Assembly: GCA_964016885.1 (NCBI GenBank)
Contig: OZ024742.1
Span: 91,326,001-91,390,000 of the forward strand
DNA length: 64,000 bases
Origin: Eledone cirrhosa
Taxonomy: Eukaryota
Direction: 5' to 3'
The notes beneath the pieces are model-generated. The model saw only the letters and a list, made by a program, of their open reading frames with translations. It ran no database searches and was not told where the DNA came from. The position numbers and the translations under genes are program-made. Positions 26,870 to 41,277 of this stretch are shown here, piece by piece (within the stretch, counting starts at the first letter, position 1; each line of letters opens with the position of its first letter).

Positions 26870-28310
26870 ATTCACATTCCATCTAGCAAAACCACCAATC
26901 AAAACGAACTGAAATTGACCACCAAGCAATGTTTTAGCAATAGGTATTTTCTCTTCAAAATTTAACAAAAGCAGTGAGAGTTGTGTCTGGCAGAGACTCA
27001 GCCATCAATTGTACATTTTCTTCAGTGCCACATGGACCATGTATGATTTGTTTGGAGATAGTGTCAAATAGTTCTGGGTCTTCTTCGGGATTAGGCAATT
27101 CGCTGCTTATGATTTTATCAATTTCATTTGAGTTAATATGGTTTGTACACCAAATTAGTGTGTGGAAATGAAGAAGACCTCTTTTCTGTCAATCAATAGT
27201 GTAAAGCTAGCAGCTTAGTTCGCCAAAGGTTTGTCCATCTTTTACCAGCCCCATCAGGATCTTCAGTTTTTCATTGAGAACACCTGGAATAATGTCATGT
27301 CTCTTTTGCGTCTCGGTGTGCAACCAGTTCATTTTGAATTTCAGGCCACATAGGATTGCACGTAAATGTAATGAAAGATCTGAACAACCAAGGTTTTTTT
27401 ACATATGTCATGTCATCTTGTGTGCGCTTAGCCATACAGCGTGGACTGCCTGTGAAGCTAGATGGCAGAAACACTGGCTGACCAACACTGGAATAATTCA
27501 TTCCATCAGTTACAATGGCGTCTCTCAAGTGGATGTACTCCTCTAAGTTTCGATTGGTTGTTGTTAATGAATACTAACCGATCAGCTTCAATTTTGGCAT
27601 AAATACCAACCATTAATTGACTTGCAAGTCTTTTCATTCCCAGAATATGCTTAAAGTAATCTCTTACCATGAAATGGAATGAATAAAAGTCTTTTTAACT
27701 GACCGATTTATTAGTTTCCTCGCCAGTACAGAGGTGTACTTGTTTTAAGTTGAAATATTATCCATCCTGATCTCTCCAAAACAAAATCATGCTTCTATGT
27801 ACCTTGTGGCCTCATTCCATATGATCACGGAGAATTTCTCTTATGCTCTGCATGTCTCCGTAATTCTTCGTAAATGGCCAGATCTCTCCTGTACAATTAT
27901 ATCTTTGCATGCATGTTGTTCGTTGACCGTCAGTACAGCCACTTCGTCTTCCAGTGGTTTGTTATAACGCCTTTTGTGCACTTTTGCTGGTTTTTCCTCG
28001 GGTCTAAAAATAATTTGAAGTATGGGGTTTGCATTCCTTTTTTCTATGGCAAATTTGAAGTCTTAAGTAATGATGTTTTTCATGAAGCAAATTTTGCAGG
28101 CTGCTAATAACTTGCAGCTGAAGAACACCGGAAAAATTACTGCATCGTTGAGTAGCTTCTTCTTCGTTGTTGCCCAAAAAGTAAACTTGAATAAATGTTG
28201 GCTCCTCGTTAGACTGGAGTAAACTGCCGATTAAAACGTAACAATGTCCTTGGATTTTAAATGTTACAGTGGGTTGATGTTTCTCGAAAGAATGATGGAA
28301 ATTCCTCATT
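26870..28310 (-). mobile_element. Decayed Helitron Rep fragment
   Basis: FKIQG..Y..IGSL, LPSSFTGSPR, FITFTCNP (motif 1), YTID*QKRGLLHFH (HUH motif 2), HGPCG; many stops and frameshifts. Confidence 0.88.
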
Positions 28311-28321
28311 TATATTATATA

Positions 28322-29068
28322 CTAGACCACCCATGACCCGTTGGGTCACGTTCACTTAAAAATATTTTTCAATAATTAAAATATACAGTCATGTATATAA
28401 TGTAAGAGGAAATTGGAAGGCCCATATATATATGTATATGTGTGTGTATATATATATATGTGTGTGTGTGTGTGTCTGTGTGTATATGTGTGTGTGTATA
28501 TATATATATGTGGGGGGGTCTGTGACCTATATACACTGGTCACAGACACACACACACATACATACACACACATACACACACACACTTAGAAACCATTCCT
28601 GTTTAGCAACAAATATTCGCTACACACATCCTGTCCTAACACAAGTTACACGATACATATGACTTAATATTCAGTCACCAAATTCGACATAGATACAGTA
28701 ATGCTATATTCGATTCTTTGAAGTCACCTGTTATAATTTCATTCATCAACACCACCAGCTCTCTCTCTTTCATTTTTCTTCTCTTTCTCTCGCTCTCTCT
28801 CCCACCACACACACTCTCTCTCTCTTTCAATCTACACTCTCACAACAACTATCTTTTTCTCTCTATCTTTCTTTATGTATGAAGGTACCCGGAAAACCCC
28901 GTATCTCAGGAACCCTCGATTTACGCGAAACCTGTTTTATTCCATATGTATTCCCATTTCAGGGGCAACTTCCTTTCAAAGCATTTTCCCATCATGCACC
29001 GTTTTGGCTGTATTAAATTAGAGACAATCACACAATCACAAAGTTTTAGTTGTATATAGATAGATAGA
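28322..29068 (-). mobile_element. Non-autonomous Helitron
   Basis: Minus strand starts A|TCTATCTATCTATATAC and ends with hairpin TGACCC-AAC-GGGTCA ... CTAG|T, with internal microsatellites. Confidence 0.6.
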
Positions 29069-30379
29069 TAATTATATATAAATGCGTGTGTGTGCATGTA
29101 TATATGTATGTGTATGTGTGTGCATGTGTATGTTTGTGTGTAAACCAGCGTTCGAATCCATGGAGACAGTTTCCTTGTAAAATCACATATGCTCACACAC
29201 ATATATATATATATATATACCGTTGAAAGTAAATATTTATATGCATAAAAACAGGATTTTACTCACAGAACAATGTGTTATCGTTAATGATACTGTTGTC
29301 TTTTAGACCCAGGTCATTTCAAATACCAGAAACATTTCATCAGAGAACCGTAATTTTAATTTTCGTATTACATGCGGAATTTTGTTCTATCAGGATCACT
29401 TATAGAATAAATTGTTTGCAGGTGGGTTAACGTTAAGGACATCACATGTTAATTATTCATACATTTTATATAATTTGTCTGTGTGTGCCCGCATACATAT
29501 TCACATACATACACATATGAAAAGCTCTACATTCATGTTCTAAGAAGACCATCACTGACTATTAAACAGTTTTCGACATTTACTCTTTAACCCTCCTACG
29601 CTCTACGTGACTTTTGGAAGACTATACAAAGCTGCATATGCATATGTGCACTTCAGTACGTACATGTGTATTTTGATGTATAGTCGTGTCTTTTTAACCC
29701 ACCAATAAATTTATAGACATTCCAACAAGAACTGTATAGTGCGTAATCTATTCTTGTGGACTTACTCTAATTAATTTATTATTTATTTGGTTTTATGAAT
29801 TCACTAGAGGCTACTATATGACCACAACTACCAGTAATCAAGTTTACCCGCAACTAATTCACAAACTGTGCATTTTCGTGTAACTCGCGTAAATTCTGTA
29901 TGGGAGATGTACTTTTTCAAAATTTCCTACACCATCCTTTATTCATTTACTCTACTAGTGGCGACGCAAAGCATTTCTTTCCTAGTTGTCCTCGCGTAGT
30001 TCGAATGCTTTCTTATAAGACTTTAAATAGCACTTAAATCGTAGATGTCGTTTAGGCAGAACGTCCAGTTGTGTTAGTACTCACTGCAGAAGGTCTTGGC
30101 ATTCTTTGCCGACTAGCTGATATAAGCTGAAGATACGGCATCCTCAAAGGTCTTTCGGAAAAAAGGTCAGTGAAGAATTTGTTTATGAAGAAAGCGTTCT
30201 CTCAGCTTGTATCCTTAACATTGCTTCATTCCCAAATAAACTGTATACCAAGAATTGATCCATATGATAAAACTGTAGTTATATATATATATGTAAAAAG
30301 TAAACAGAAATAGCAACAGAATCGGTACAGTATATGGAAGGAATATATTAGGTTAACGCTTGAAATAGTAGGAAGAGGG

Positions 30380-30417
30380 TCTTAACGTTTCGGACGCGCT
30401 AGTCTTTCATCAGAAGA
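30380..30417 (-). ncRNA. Minimal type I hammerhead motif
   Basis: tctt-CTGATGA-aagac(tagcgc)gtcc-GAAA-cg-TT-aaga, palindromic AACGTT helix III. Confidence 0.55.
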
Positions 30418-30522
30418 AAGAATGAGAAATAAGATAGATTGAAGCGACGCGCGGGTCGGATTTGGAAAAATGTCTTTAGATAAAAATAACAGGTCCATTC
30501 ATGTTGACACACACACACACAC

Positions 30523-30584
<62 letters not shown>

Positions 30585-30637
30585 CGTTTCTGAATTTGTT
30601 TAGCAAGAGTTTTTATCTGAAAACGTGTGTTGAAACC

Positions 30638-32717
30638 GATATTGTTATACTTTGGGAGGCTCATGTTGCCAATAAGAAACACACGCACCAGTTGCTTTCA
30701 CTGGATGTAGTTTGACAGACTGTCAACCGACATTCTGCCAGACTTGTCTGTTGGAAAGCATACAATTGTATACAAACGTGAGCGCTGCATGAACCTACGC
30801 AAGCCATTTTCAGATTTTTCTCCCAGTTGCTGGGCCTCCATTCTATTTTGCTTCTTGCTATACTGTTCTATAATATTTCTAAGTTTAGATCTAGTTATAC
30901 TAAATTGTGCTTCTGTTTTTTCATCGACCTGCGACGGCAATTGCGTGCGTTTGTTAAAAGCTAAAGTCGTGGCGTGGACTCGTCGTAGGTCGAAGGACAT
31001 ATCGAAAACCACGAAAACTAAAGAAAATGATTGTACATGCGGTGGGGGCCAGTATAAAACTAACCCTTAAGGAACATATGTTCAAATTTAATGGAAAAAC
31101 ATATGCCCAAGAGGGGGGAGCAGCCTATTCATGGGACAATAGCTAACCTATTCGTGGGACAATAAACTTAAAGAACAATTAGAAGACAGCAACCTCTTAA
31201 CCCTGATAATGTACTCTCGCTACGTTGATGATATAAACATCGTAGTAAAAACAGCCCCACTAGAGAACAGTCATGAATTAGAGAAAAACACCATGGAGAG
31301 CATCCAGCAAATAGCTAACTCCATCCACCAGAGTATTAGAGCTTCTATAGACTACCCAAGCAAACGCCCCAACCATCGATTATCTGTACTAGACACAGAG
31401 CTCTGGTTATAAACCATTAATAACAAAAAACAAATCCTCCATTCCCATTATGCCAAACCCATGACTTCCAAACATCTGATCCACCGAAACTCAGCTGTTT
31501 CGGATCACACCAAAATCAACATACTGATTGCGGATTTAGTACGGGTGATGAGAAACGTGTCCCACATGTGCAACCCCAAAGAACTAGAGAGACACATACA
31601 ACACTTCATCCACCGTATGCAGTTCTCTGGTTACAATCAGAGAGATAAAATCAGAGTATATAGAGGAGCCAGAACCAAATGGGGAAAAATGGTAAATAAT
31701 GCCCCTTGTATAGGAGCAAATTTTGGAATAGAATAGAAAGAACTAGTAATAAGGTTAATAGAATAAACTCATGGTACGATAGCAATAAATACGAGAGAGT
31801 AATGTTCATCAATACAGCCCCTAAAGGTGAATTAGCTTACAAATTTAGAAGGGCCCTAGATAAACTTAAACTTAATATTAAGATAGTAGAAAGACAAGGT
31901 ACCTCCATAAAAACACTTATTAGTAATACATACCATTTTCAAAGACCACCCTGTATAGATAAGAAATGCATAATCTGTAAACTAAGACCCATATTAACTG
32001 TAAAACTAGAAACATAGTATATAGCATAAGATGTACTAAAGGACAATGTAAAGATAAGAATATAGTGTACATAGGTGAGACAGCTCGTAGTATAGGAGCA
32101 CGGTTAAATAAACACTGGCGAGAGCTTCAAGATAGAAAAGAATCATCAGTACTCCACCAACATACTAAAATAGAACATAAGGGCAAATTAGAGAACATAG
32201 AAATAAAAATAAAATCTACACACAGAAAAGACGCAATGTTTAGACAAATACAGGGGCAATAAACATAAATGAACTCCAAACAAAATTAAATAGAAAACAT
32301 GAATGGAATAGCAACATCACAACTTACAATTAAGGACAAAATGAAAACACACACACATAGAACAAACAACCAACCAGTAAAATGTAAATAAACAAATAAA
32401 AACACACACAGACACCCGGATGTAACACATGCGCAAACTAAGCACACAACACACACAAAAAGAAGATGGCGTAGGACAGGACAAAGGAGAGGCACAAAAC
32501 AAAGAAAAGAATACCCAGTCACTGAAAAGGTCACAGAATGTGTGACGAAAGAACTTTGACAATATATGAACAATCGTCCGGTTGTGGAACCAACCAACCA
32601 ACCAACCGGAAATTTATTTTTAAAAAAAATTTTATTTTTTCAATTTATAATAAATTGGAGTGAAAGCACTGGTGCGTGTGTTTCTTATTGGCAACATGAC
32701 CCTCCCAAAGTATAACA

Positions 32718-32720
<3 letters not shown>
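30638..32720 (+). mobile_element. Decayed Penelope-like element (second family) with inverted 5' segment and ~65-bp inverted termini
   Basis: Plus strand: FKFNGKTY.Q, YVDDI, LSVLDTELW, HYAKPM, RMQFSGY, CxxxxCxxC, YIGETARS. Minus 30698-31012 encodes PTDKSGR. Inverted repeat 30638-30703 vs 32660-32720. Confidence 0.85.
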
Positions 32721-32788
<68 letters not shown>

Positions 32789-34038
32789 AATTATCTATGC
32801 ATAAACAGATGTACTTGAATACCAGAAGTTAACTGCTCTATCGATTATGCCAATCAGTGTTTTTCAAATTCACGAGGTAACAGTGACTTATAAAAAATAG
32901 CAGCCATGTTCTGTGTAAATATATATGGTTTTACGAAAAATATATATTAGTTATCAATATCAATAAAATGTTATAAAATGCTTTAATAAATACCCATTTT
33001 CTTTCGAAGAATTTCTTTCAATTTCTGCCAAATTGTCACATTTTGTTATAAAAAATATTGATAAAAAATCTCATAACGTTCAAAATGAGATTGCATAAGA
33101 GGCAAGCCAAGTGTCAGACTTCACTAGAATACAACGCTGATTGGTTAATATTTTCACGTAGAACTACCTTCCCCAATCAGAAAATACTTATTTAAAAGTT
33201 GTCAAACTCTGATTAACTCTTACGATGTCACATGATATTCCATTAGCACATATTTTGGATGAAGAAACCAGTCACATAACCAGCTCATAATTGACAAGCA
33301 CTTATTTTATCAAACCACTAGTTGGATGTTTGGCAAAATCTACCTCAATGGGATTTGATCTCATAAACAGGTGTACTTAATCCATAAGACATTTAGTTAA
33401 AAACACTGCCAATCAGTGCTTTTCGAACCAACGAGGTAGTCGTGACCTGCTAAAAATAGCCGCCAAATTTGCCTCCGAGCACAATATAAAAGAAAATAGG
33501 AACATTAGACAATATAGTCAGAAATTTACACACAGATGTGATAGTAATGTCTGGGATGCTTTTGACCATTGGTCCACTAGATTCTAGCTGGCGTGGAATG
33601 AAACTAAAACAATCTATGTCCTTCATTGCTAATATTATTTAACTGTACATAACTCTCGAACTTTAAAAAGGAAAAGTACCAAAGTATTTATGATACGGTG
33701 CGCAAACAAATTTGTAGAACCACGTATTTGCGTGACACTAGACTGTTACTACACATTGTCAGTGTTTCATCTTTCGAGCACGCACACGCGCACAGAGGAG
33801 AGAGTGAGAGAGAAAAGAATTAATTCGCCTTAATAAAAATTAATCTCAAGCAGGGCAAATGTGGGAAGCCCTGAAAATTCAATAGACCAAAAATTAAATA
33901 TATAAATGGTCGGGAAGTGCGTTCTAGCTTCAGTAGTTCCGGTCATATTTCTGTGTATAGTCCACTAACAAATGCCAAGGCATTAGAAACATTAATAGAT
34001 ATAGTAGTTTGTGTAAAACACTGGTTAGGCAATTTAAT

Positions 34039-34258
34039 ATAATTGTTTCTAGTATAGGCACAAGGCCAGTAATTTGGGGGGAGAGGAAAGTCGATTAAAT
34101 CGACCTCAGTACGTTACTGGTGCTTTATTTTATCGACTCCGTAATGATGAAAGACAAAGTTAACCTCGGCGGGATTTGAACTCAGACCGTAAAATGCCAT
34201 AACTCTATGCTGCAAAGCATGGTGTCCGACTCTCTACCGATACTGCGAATCCCCCACC
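34039..34258 (-). mobile_element. SINE family A copy
   Basis: Family motifs present. Confidence 0.85.
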
Positions 34259-37071
34259 TTTAAGCAATTTAATATAATGACATTTGATAATTCCAAATGT
34301 GACTCCTACATGAAAAACAGTTATGCGCTGTTGATTATACTTTAAGTGACTTGGTGGAGATAAGTTTTAATCAGTTGAAATTATAATGGTCATTTATGCG
34401 AGTGAAATTTAATCCCAAGAGAGGTAAAAGAGAACAATTTTAAAATGTCAATCGACCAAATATTAACTAGACATGTAAGGCAGTCTAGGTCTGATATTTG
34501 GCAGCTACAGAGACAACTCTAGATATGTGTCGGTTTTATCAAACCTTTATAAGGAAGCATAGTTCCTCAACAACTACCAATGCCTTAGAACGACTAGTAG
34601 ATTGTGACAAGGGTTTGCATGTACAACCAGTGGTGTCAGATTGGGCTATGATCAGTGATTAAGGGAGCCCCGCAAGTAGGAATGGCTATTTCAACGCATC
34701 TCTCTCATTATCTTCCCGGGTAACATTTCACCACTCACTCGGCTGGGACCACGATCAGCTTGCACAGGCGGTCATGTACGACAGAGAGCGTTTTGCCATG
34801 CTGTCCGGACTCGAATTATTGGAGTATCGATTATTGAGTGTCCTTTCTCATGTTTTTTTTTTGTTTTGTTTTATTTTCAATGACATTTTCTCATCAGTTA
34901 ACTAATAATAGTTTACCCACTGAATATAGAAATATAATACAAAATATTCAACAAATAAATATACAACATATAGTAGCGATTTATGCTATTTTTACAGACT
35001 ACACCAGGAGTGTGCAATATATTCCATTGGCGGGCCACTTTTGAATATTGCAACAACTATTAGGGTCATTAATATTTATTAAACACTATTCCAAAGATTC
35101 ACCACAACTTCTTTCCATAAAATGGAACTGGGAAATTATAACACACATAACCCTATCAACTAAGAGAACATTGTATTACGGTTACGAAAAAAATTCTAAA
35201 TAAGGCTACAAGGTAAAAATAAAAATAAAACGATCACCGCAGGCCACTCTGACTGGTCTGGCGGGCTGGATTGTGGCCCGCGGGCCGCCTGTTGCATGTC
35301 CATTGACTACACGTATTTAAATTTGTTTGTTTTTTTATTTTGAGTAACTCCTATTTCAAAATTCAAAATTTTAAAGGTAAGAATCCTATTGAATTTTATT
35401 GCATGAAGTTTAATTTTCCTTCTATTTCACATACCACTGAAAGCAACATTCCATATTCAGTGAGTGTCATGAGACTTGATGATTTTGTTATACATATTAC
35501 TCAAGATCCAGTGATTACAATCTAAAAATACCAGTGATTACAATCTAAAAATACTTTGTAACGTTTACTTCGCTGACTCTCCTGTTTTGTGTACACTATG
35601 CATTGATTGTTTTTCCAATAATAATGAACCTGATATCACTTTACCTAATGTATATTATTGTGGCATAGTTAGAGAAATAAGGGCAACGCCCATGACACTT
35701 TTCAGGTCCCCAAAGCTGTTTTAATCATGACTGGATGATTAGTTGTCGGCATCGGCGAAACTAGGAACAACCTGTGTATGTATGTCAGGTCACTCTCGAG
35801 TGCTACTGGTAACATGTAACCCAGTGCAACCTGTCTCAAGGTCAGGTCGTCGGTGACTAAACCAGCAACCCCACCAATCTTGCTTGGTGAGGAGGGTGAT
35901 ATTTGGACACCCTGCAGGATGAAATACAAGACCCGGAAAAGGGTGGAGGAACTCGGCAAAGTCAATGGCCATCGAAATAGTACTTTTCTTCTATTTCTTT
36001 TCACCTGGGCGTGTCACAACACCTTTATAAGAGAGGGAAACTCGGAAAAAAACCTGCGGCTTCAGAAGTATCCGATGATGTTGACCAGTTCTCCTTTTCG
36101 GATAGTGTTTTCGATGCTCAGAGAGTGGGATTGGTCGAGTGCAAGGCCTTTCCCCACTTAAAAAACCTTCAAGGCACAGGCATTGCTTGTTCAGGATATG
36201 TTAGAGGTTCGTGAGGCTGGCCGTAGCCTAAAAGTGCACCATTTTCTGTAATCTGACAAGCGATTGCAATACTCTTAGCAAAGTTTGCAGTCATCATGTA
36301 TATATATATATACAGTGGCGGACTGGCCAGGTTGTCAGGTTGCCCAATGGCAGGTGGGCCCCACGCGGACCCAAGGTAGCATTTCAGGGCTCACTGTAGT
36401 GTTTTAGGGGCCAATGCTTTCCTTTAAAAAAATACCTGAAATCTAAGAGAAAGAATAACATTATAAAAAAAATAAATAAAACAATTAAGCAAAGCATTTG
36501 GTCAACCAATTCCCCAGGGAATTAATAGAAACCAAAATATACGATAGTGCAAATAGCTGGAATCAGTGGTTGTATACACACACACATATATATATATATA
36601 CTCACACACACACATATATATATATACATATACACATATATATATAAACATATATGCATACATACATACACTTACATACGCATATACATACAATACACTC
36701 ACATACATATATACACACATATACATATATACACGTACATACACGTGCATACGCGTATACGCACACCATACACATACACACACCATACACATACACACAC
36801 ACGTGCACACGTACATATACCTACATGCATATATATACGCATATAGACGCACACGTGCATGCATATACGCCTAAGAACACATACAAATATGTATATATAT
36901 ATATATATATAATATATATATATATACATATATATATATACACACATATGTACATACATACGTACATATACATATGTACATATGACACACATACACATAC
37001 ATACATACATCCATATATATATATATATGTGTGTGTGTAAGTATATAAATATGTATATATATATATATATA

Positions 37072-37206
37072 CTAGCAAAGGTACCCGGCGTTGGTCGGGT
37101 ATTAAATAGCAGTCGTGTGTATATATATATGTATATATATATATGTATGTGTATACGTGTATAAATGCGTGTATGTGTATATATATATATGTGTGTATAT
37201 ATATAT

Positions 37207-37237
<31 letters not shown>

Positions 37238-37342
37238 CACATACACGCATATATCTACATATACACATACATATATATATATATATATATACATATACAC
37301 GACTGCTATTAATACCCGAGCAACGCCGGGTACCTCTGCTAG
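37072..37342. mobile_element. Two outward-facing Helitron-type 3' ends joined by microsatellite
   Basis: Hairpin ACCCGAGCAACGCCGGGT plus CTAG|T ending at 37342 (plus), mirror copy ending at 37072 (minus). Confidence 0.6.
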
Positions 37343-37452
37343 TATATATATATATATTTATATACTTACACACGAACTACTGATCAAATAATATTTGGTG
37401 CCGATGTGTTAAAGATATCTGTCAAATCAATTAGTAGTGAAGGTGGTGTATG

Positions 37453-37486
<34 letters not shown>

Positions 37487-37534
37487 CATATATATATATG
37501 TATATATGTACATATATGTATATATATATATGGC

Positions 37535-37995
<461 letters not shown>

Positions 37996-38009
37996 GAGAG
38001 AGAGAGAAA

Positions 38010-38490
38010 TTTCTTTATTAGCCACAAGGGCACAAAAGAAAACAAATAACAATTGAAATCCCCAATAGGGGGGAGGCGTTACACAGGGGTTGTACACACC
38101 CCGAAAAAATGTACAACCCTCATCTCCAGGAGCACCAAGAGTGAGTACTCCCTTCCTCTCTTTCTCTTTTTCCTCAACCTACAGGCATATAGAGAGAGAA
38201 GGCCCAACCACTCGGGCCATCTTTGCCACATTCACCCACATTTTATAAAATTTGCTGGGGTACAGCACCTCTCTCTCCATCCTGATTCTTCTTCCAAAAT
38301 GATATTTGAAAAAACGAATTAGTTGTTCGCCGGAGAGAAAGAGGTCTGACCTCAGCCCTTTTAACCTCGTCCACCATATAACTTCTTTCACCATAGCCAT
38401 AACACATAGAAAAACCACCTCTCCCTCGTTTTTGAAGGAGAGTGGCGGTTTGATCAATCTTTTGATAAGCGAAACCGTCGGTAACAGCAA
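38010..38490 (-). mobile_element. L1/Tx1-like LINE 3' fragment
   Basis: FLCVMAMVKEVIWWTR..FFKYH..F.KMW, related to 25698-26663. Confidence 0.6.
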
Positions 38491-38668
38491 TAGAACAGGT
38501 GAATATTTAAATCGTATTTTAATTTATTTAAAAGATTGTTTAATGTTTACTTGTCCCGCTCATTTTTATAGTTCTGGTATCTCAAATTAGTACCATTGAA
38601 CAACAATTATTATAGACTCCATATATATTTCCATAGGTACTTAGTACTTGTTGGAATATTTATATCAT

Positions 38669-38703
<35 letters not shown>

Positions 38704-38757
38704 TATATAATATATATATATACTATGTAATTACTTAATAAACAACACAATATAATT

Positions 38758-38829
38758 ATTCCGTTACCAAAGGTTTCAAGAAACTAGACGATCTTTACAG
38801 AAACGTCCAGTCCGTTCATCAGATGAAAT
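38758..38829 (-). ncRNA. Type I hammerhead motif
   Basis: atttcat-CTGATGA-acggactggacg...cgtctagtttctt-GAAA-cc(ttt)gg-TA-acggaat. Confidence 0.6.
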
Positions 38830-38834
38830 GGTTA

Positions 38835-38881
<47 letters not shown>

Positions 38882-39162
38882 AAGAAATTAAGAAATAAAT
38901 GTAAATACACCTATAATAGAGCTGTAAAAGCTTTGGAAACTGGGTAAAATGCCCTTATGAACGGGAAGAAGAGGACAGCTGCCACTACGAAGAATCGAGC
39001 CATATCTTCCAATACTGGCTGACTGCTAAAAACATTAAGTTTAAACGACCTCTGATAACAACCCCCTTCTAAATTAGAAAGCTAACTTGTATAGCTTTTA
39101 AATGTACATATAACTTTATGATAGTGAAACACTTGAAGCTTGCTTGTCGGGCAGTAGAACCT

Positions 39163-39290
<128 letters not shown>

Positions 39291-40285
39291 GTAAACACAA
39301 CAGAAATAGTGAAAAGGTATAATTAGAAAGTTGTTTAAATTACCGAACACTCATGTAACCGGCGTCAGGAGAAAAAAAAATTACTTAGTAATTTCAATAT
39401 AGGTGTTCCGCACAGTTAGTTACACAAGATATAAGAATTTTAAAATTTGCTACGCAATAAATTTGACACACCTAAACCACAATTAAATACGAGCTTGATG
39501 ATGGGGTGAACAAGTCGATACTTAAGGAATTACAAATATCAAATTATTTTTAATAGAGAATTGCAAAAATATATAATGTGTTTGTCCTTTACTACCAGGC
39601 CAGCCCTGGTAGAGGTGAACTATGATGAAAGGAATTCTACACGTAATCACTCAGTATTTTTAAGGACTAATTTTCCGGCATATCTTTTTATCCGGATTTA
39701 CGCTTTCATGATATCATATTTAAGAGTAAGGAAGAGTGTTTCTGACTTCGTAAAATGTTTCTGTTGAATTATATTATATTGTTAATCAAAATAGATAATC
39801 CAGCACCCCCTGGAATTAAGTGCAGCGGAAAATCCGTGTTGTGCGTTTGTCTTGAACCGTCTTTGTCTTAAAGTATCTCAGTGTTCTTTAAGATGATAGT
39901 GTGATTTTTTAGGTAGGTTTTGCTGCTAATTCTAGCATGTCAAGTGACTCTGTACAATCTCACTTGTTTTTGTTCTTTAGCATCATTTAATGTCAGCGCA
40001 AACCACGACCTATATTATACTCATGATAAAATTCTGTGTTTATGTAATATATTCCCCCATCTCTTTTGTCATGATTTTCAGGGAGTTTCGGCTATTATTT
40101 CTCATAAATCAAGCGTCCACATAGTATTTTTCGTTGACATATGAAGCTTACATCGCTGATTCTGCTGTCGTGCAGTCCCAGGTCAGCACAAACTCAGTAG
40201 ACCTATTTATTATCAAAGACGTTTATGCTGTGGCCATTTTTCTTTCTATTTTTTTTTTTTCATTCTTATATATATTATATCTTAA

Positions 40286-40625
40286 TTGGCAGTATCGGTA
40301 GAGGGTCAGACGCCATGCTTTGCAGCAAAGAGTTACGGCCCTTTATGGTCTGAGTTCAAAATCCCACCGAGGTCAACTTTGCCTTTCATCCTTACGAGGT
40401 CGATAAAATAAAGTACCAGTAATACACTGGGATAATTGCTGGCCTTATGCCAAAAGTAGAAACAATTATATCTTACGGCGAATTAGCAGAGTCGTTAGGT
40501 CAGATAGAATGCTTTGTAGTAGTCGTTCCGGCTTTTCGCTCTCAAATCCCGTCGAGGTCAACTTTGTCTTTCATCCTTTCGAATTCGATAAAAAAAAAAG
40601 TACCGGTCTAATATTGGTTCGATTT
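40286..40625 (+). mobile_element. SINE family A copy followed by an older related SINE
   Basis: 40286-40468 young copy; about 40476-40625 diverged copy with the same core. Confidence 0.8.
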
Positions 40626-41087
40626 TTTGACTATATTTCTTTCTCCCTTTCTATCCTTCTCTGGAAGAAATCTGTTGTGTTCAGACATGGAGATGAGATG
40701 GGCTGCGCCATGCTTAAATGAATCCAAGAAACACCATATGTCATTACAGCGCTTCGTACGTCTCCTTCATGAGGTGAGGAACCATACAATACAAATGTAT
40801 TATATCTAAGACTACATTATGGTAAGGTCTAACTTTGAGGAAGATTTGGTTGAAATTTCCAGCAGGCCGTACAATTGCATAAGAAGCTGTTTCCTGGGCT
40901 TGTTATATATGATATTGTAGAAAATCATAATTAAATACCGCAAAGCTTTATCAATCCTACCAGTCCACCACCTTTAGTATAGTAATCTTGTGTAGTTAGA
41001 TGTATAAGTAATGTTTACCAAAGACGCAAAATAGACACAAACAAGGGTGGTGTTGGAAATCAAAGAACTTGCGTCTCTTAACTATCA

Positions 41088-41277
41088 CGAGGGTGGGCTG
41101 AAAAGTTCTGACTATGAAGGAGGGGTGTTAGAACTGTGAAATATTGCATGCATTAATATCAACTATACTTAAGAACTGCATTGTTTCTTTCCTGGGACTA
41201 TGTTGAAAATTAAAACCTCGTGTGGTCATTCCATTAGAATAGCTTGGTCAGCCTATGAACCTTTCAGCCGACCCTCG
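41088..41277. mobile_element. Mariner-like MITE
   Basis: TIR CGAGGGTGGGCTGAAAAGTT / AACCTTTCAGCCGACCCTCG followed by TA. Confidence 0.7.

Noticed and set aside
35650-36250. Higher-complexity block with ~100-aa ORFs on both strands
   Set aside because: No recognisable protein motif; probably an unclassified repeat or retroelement UTR
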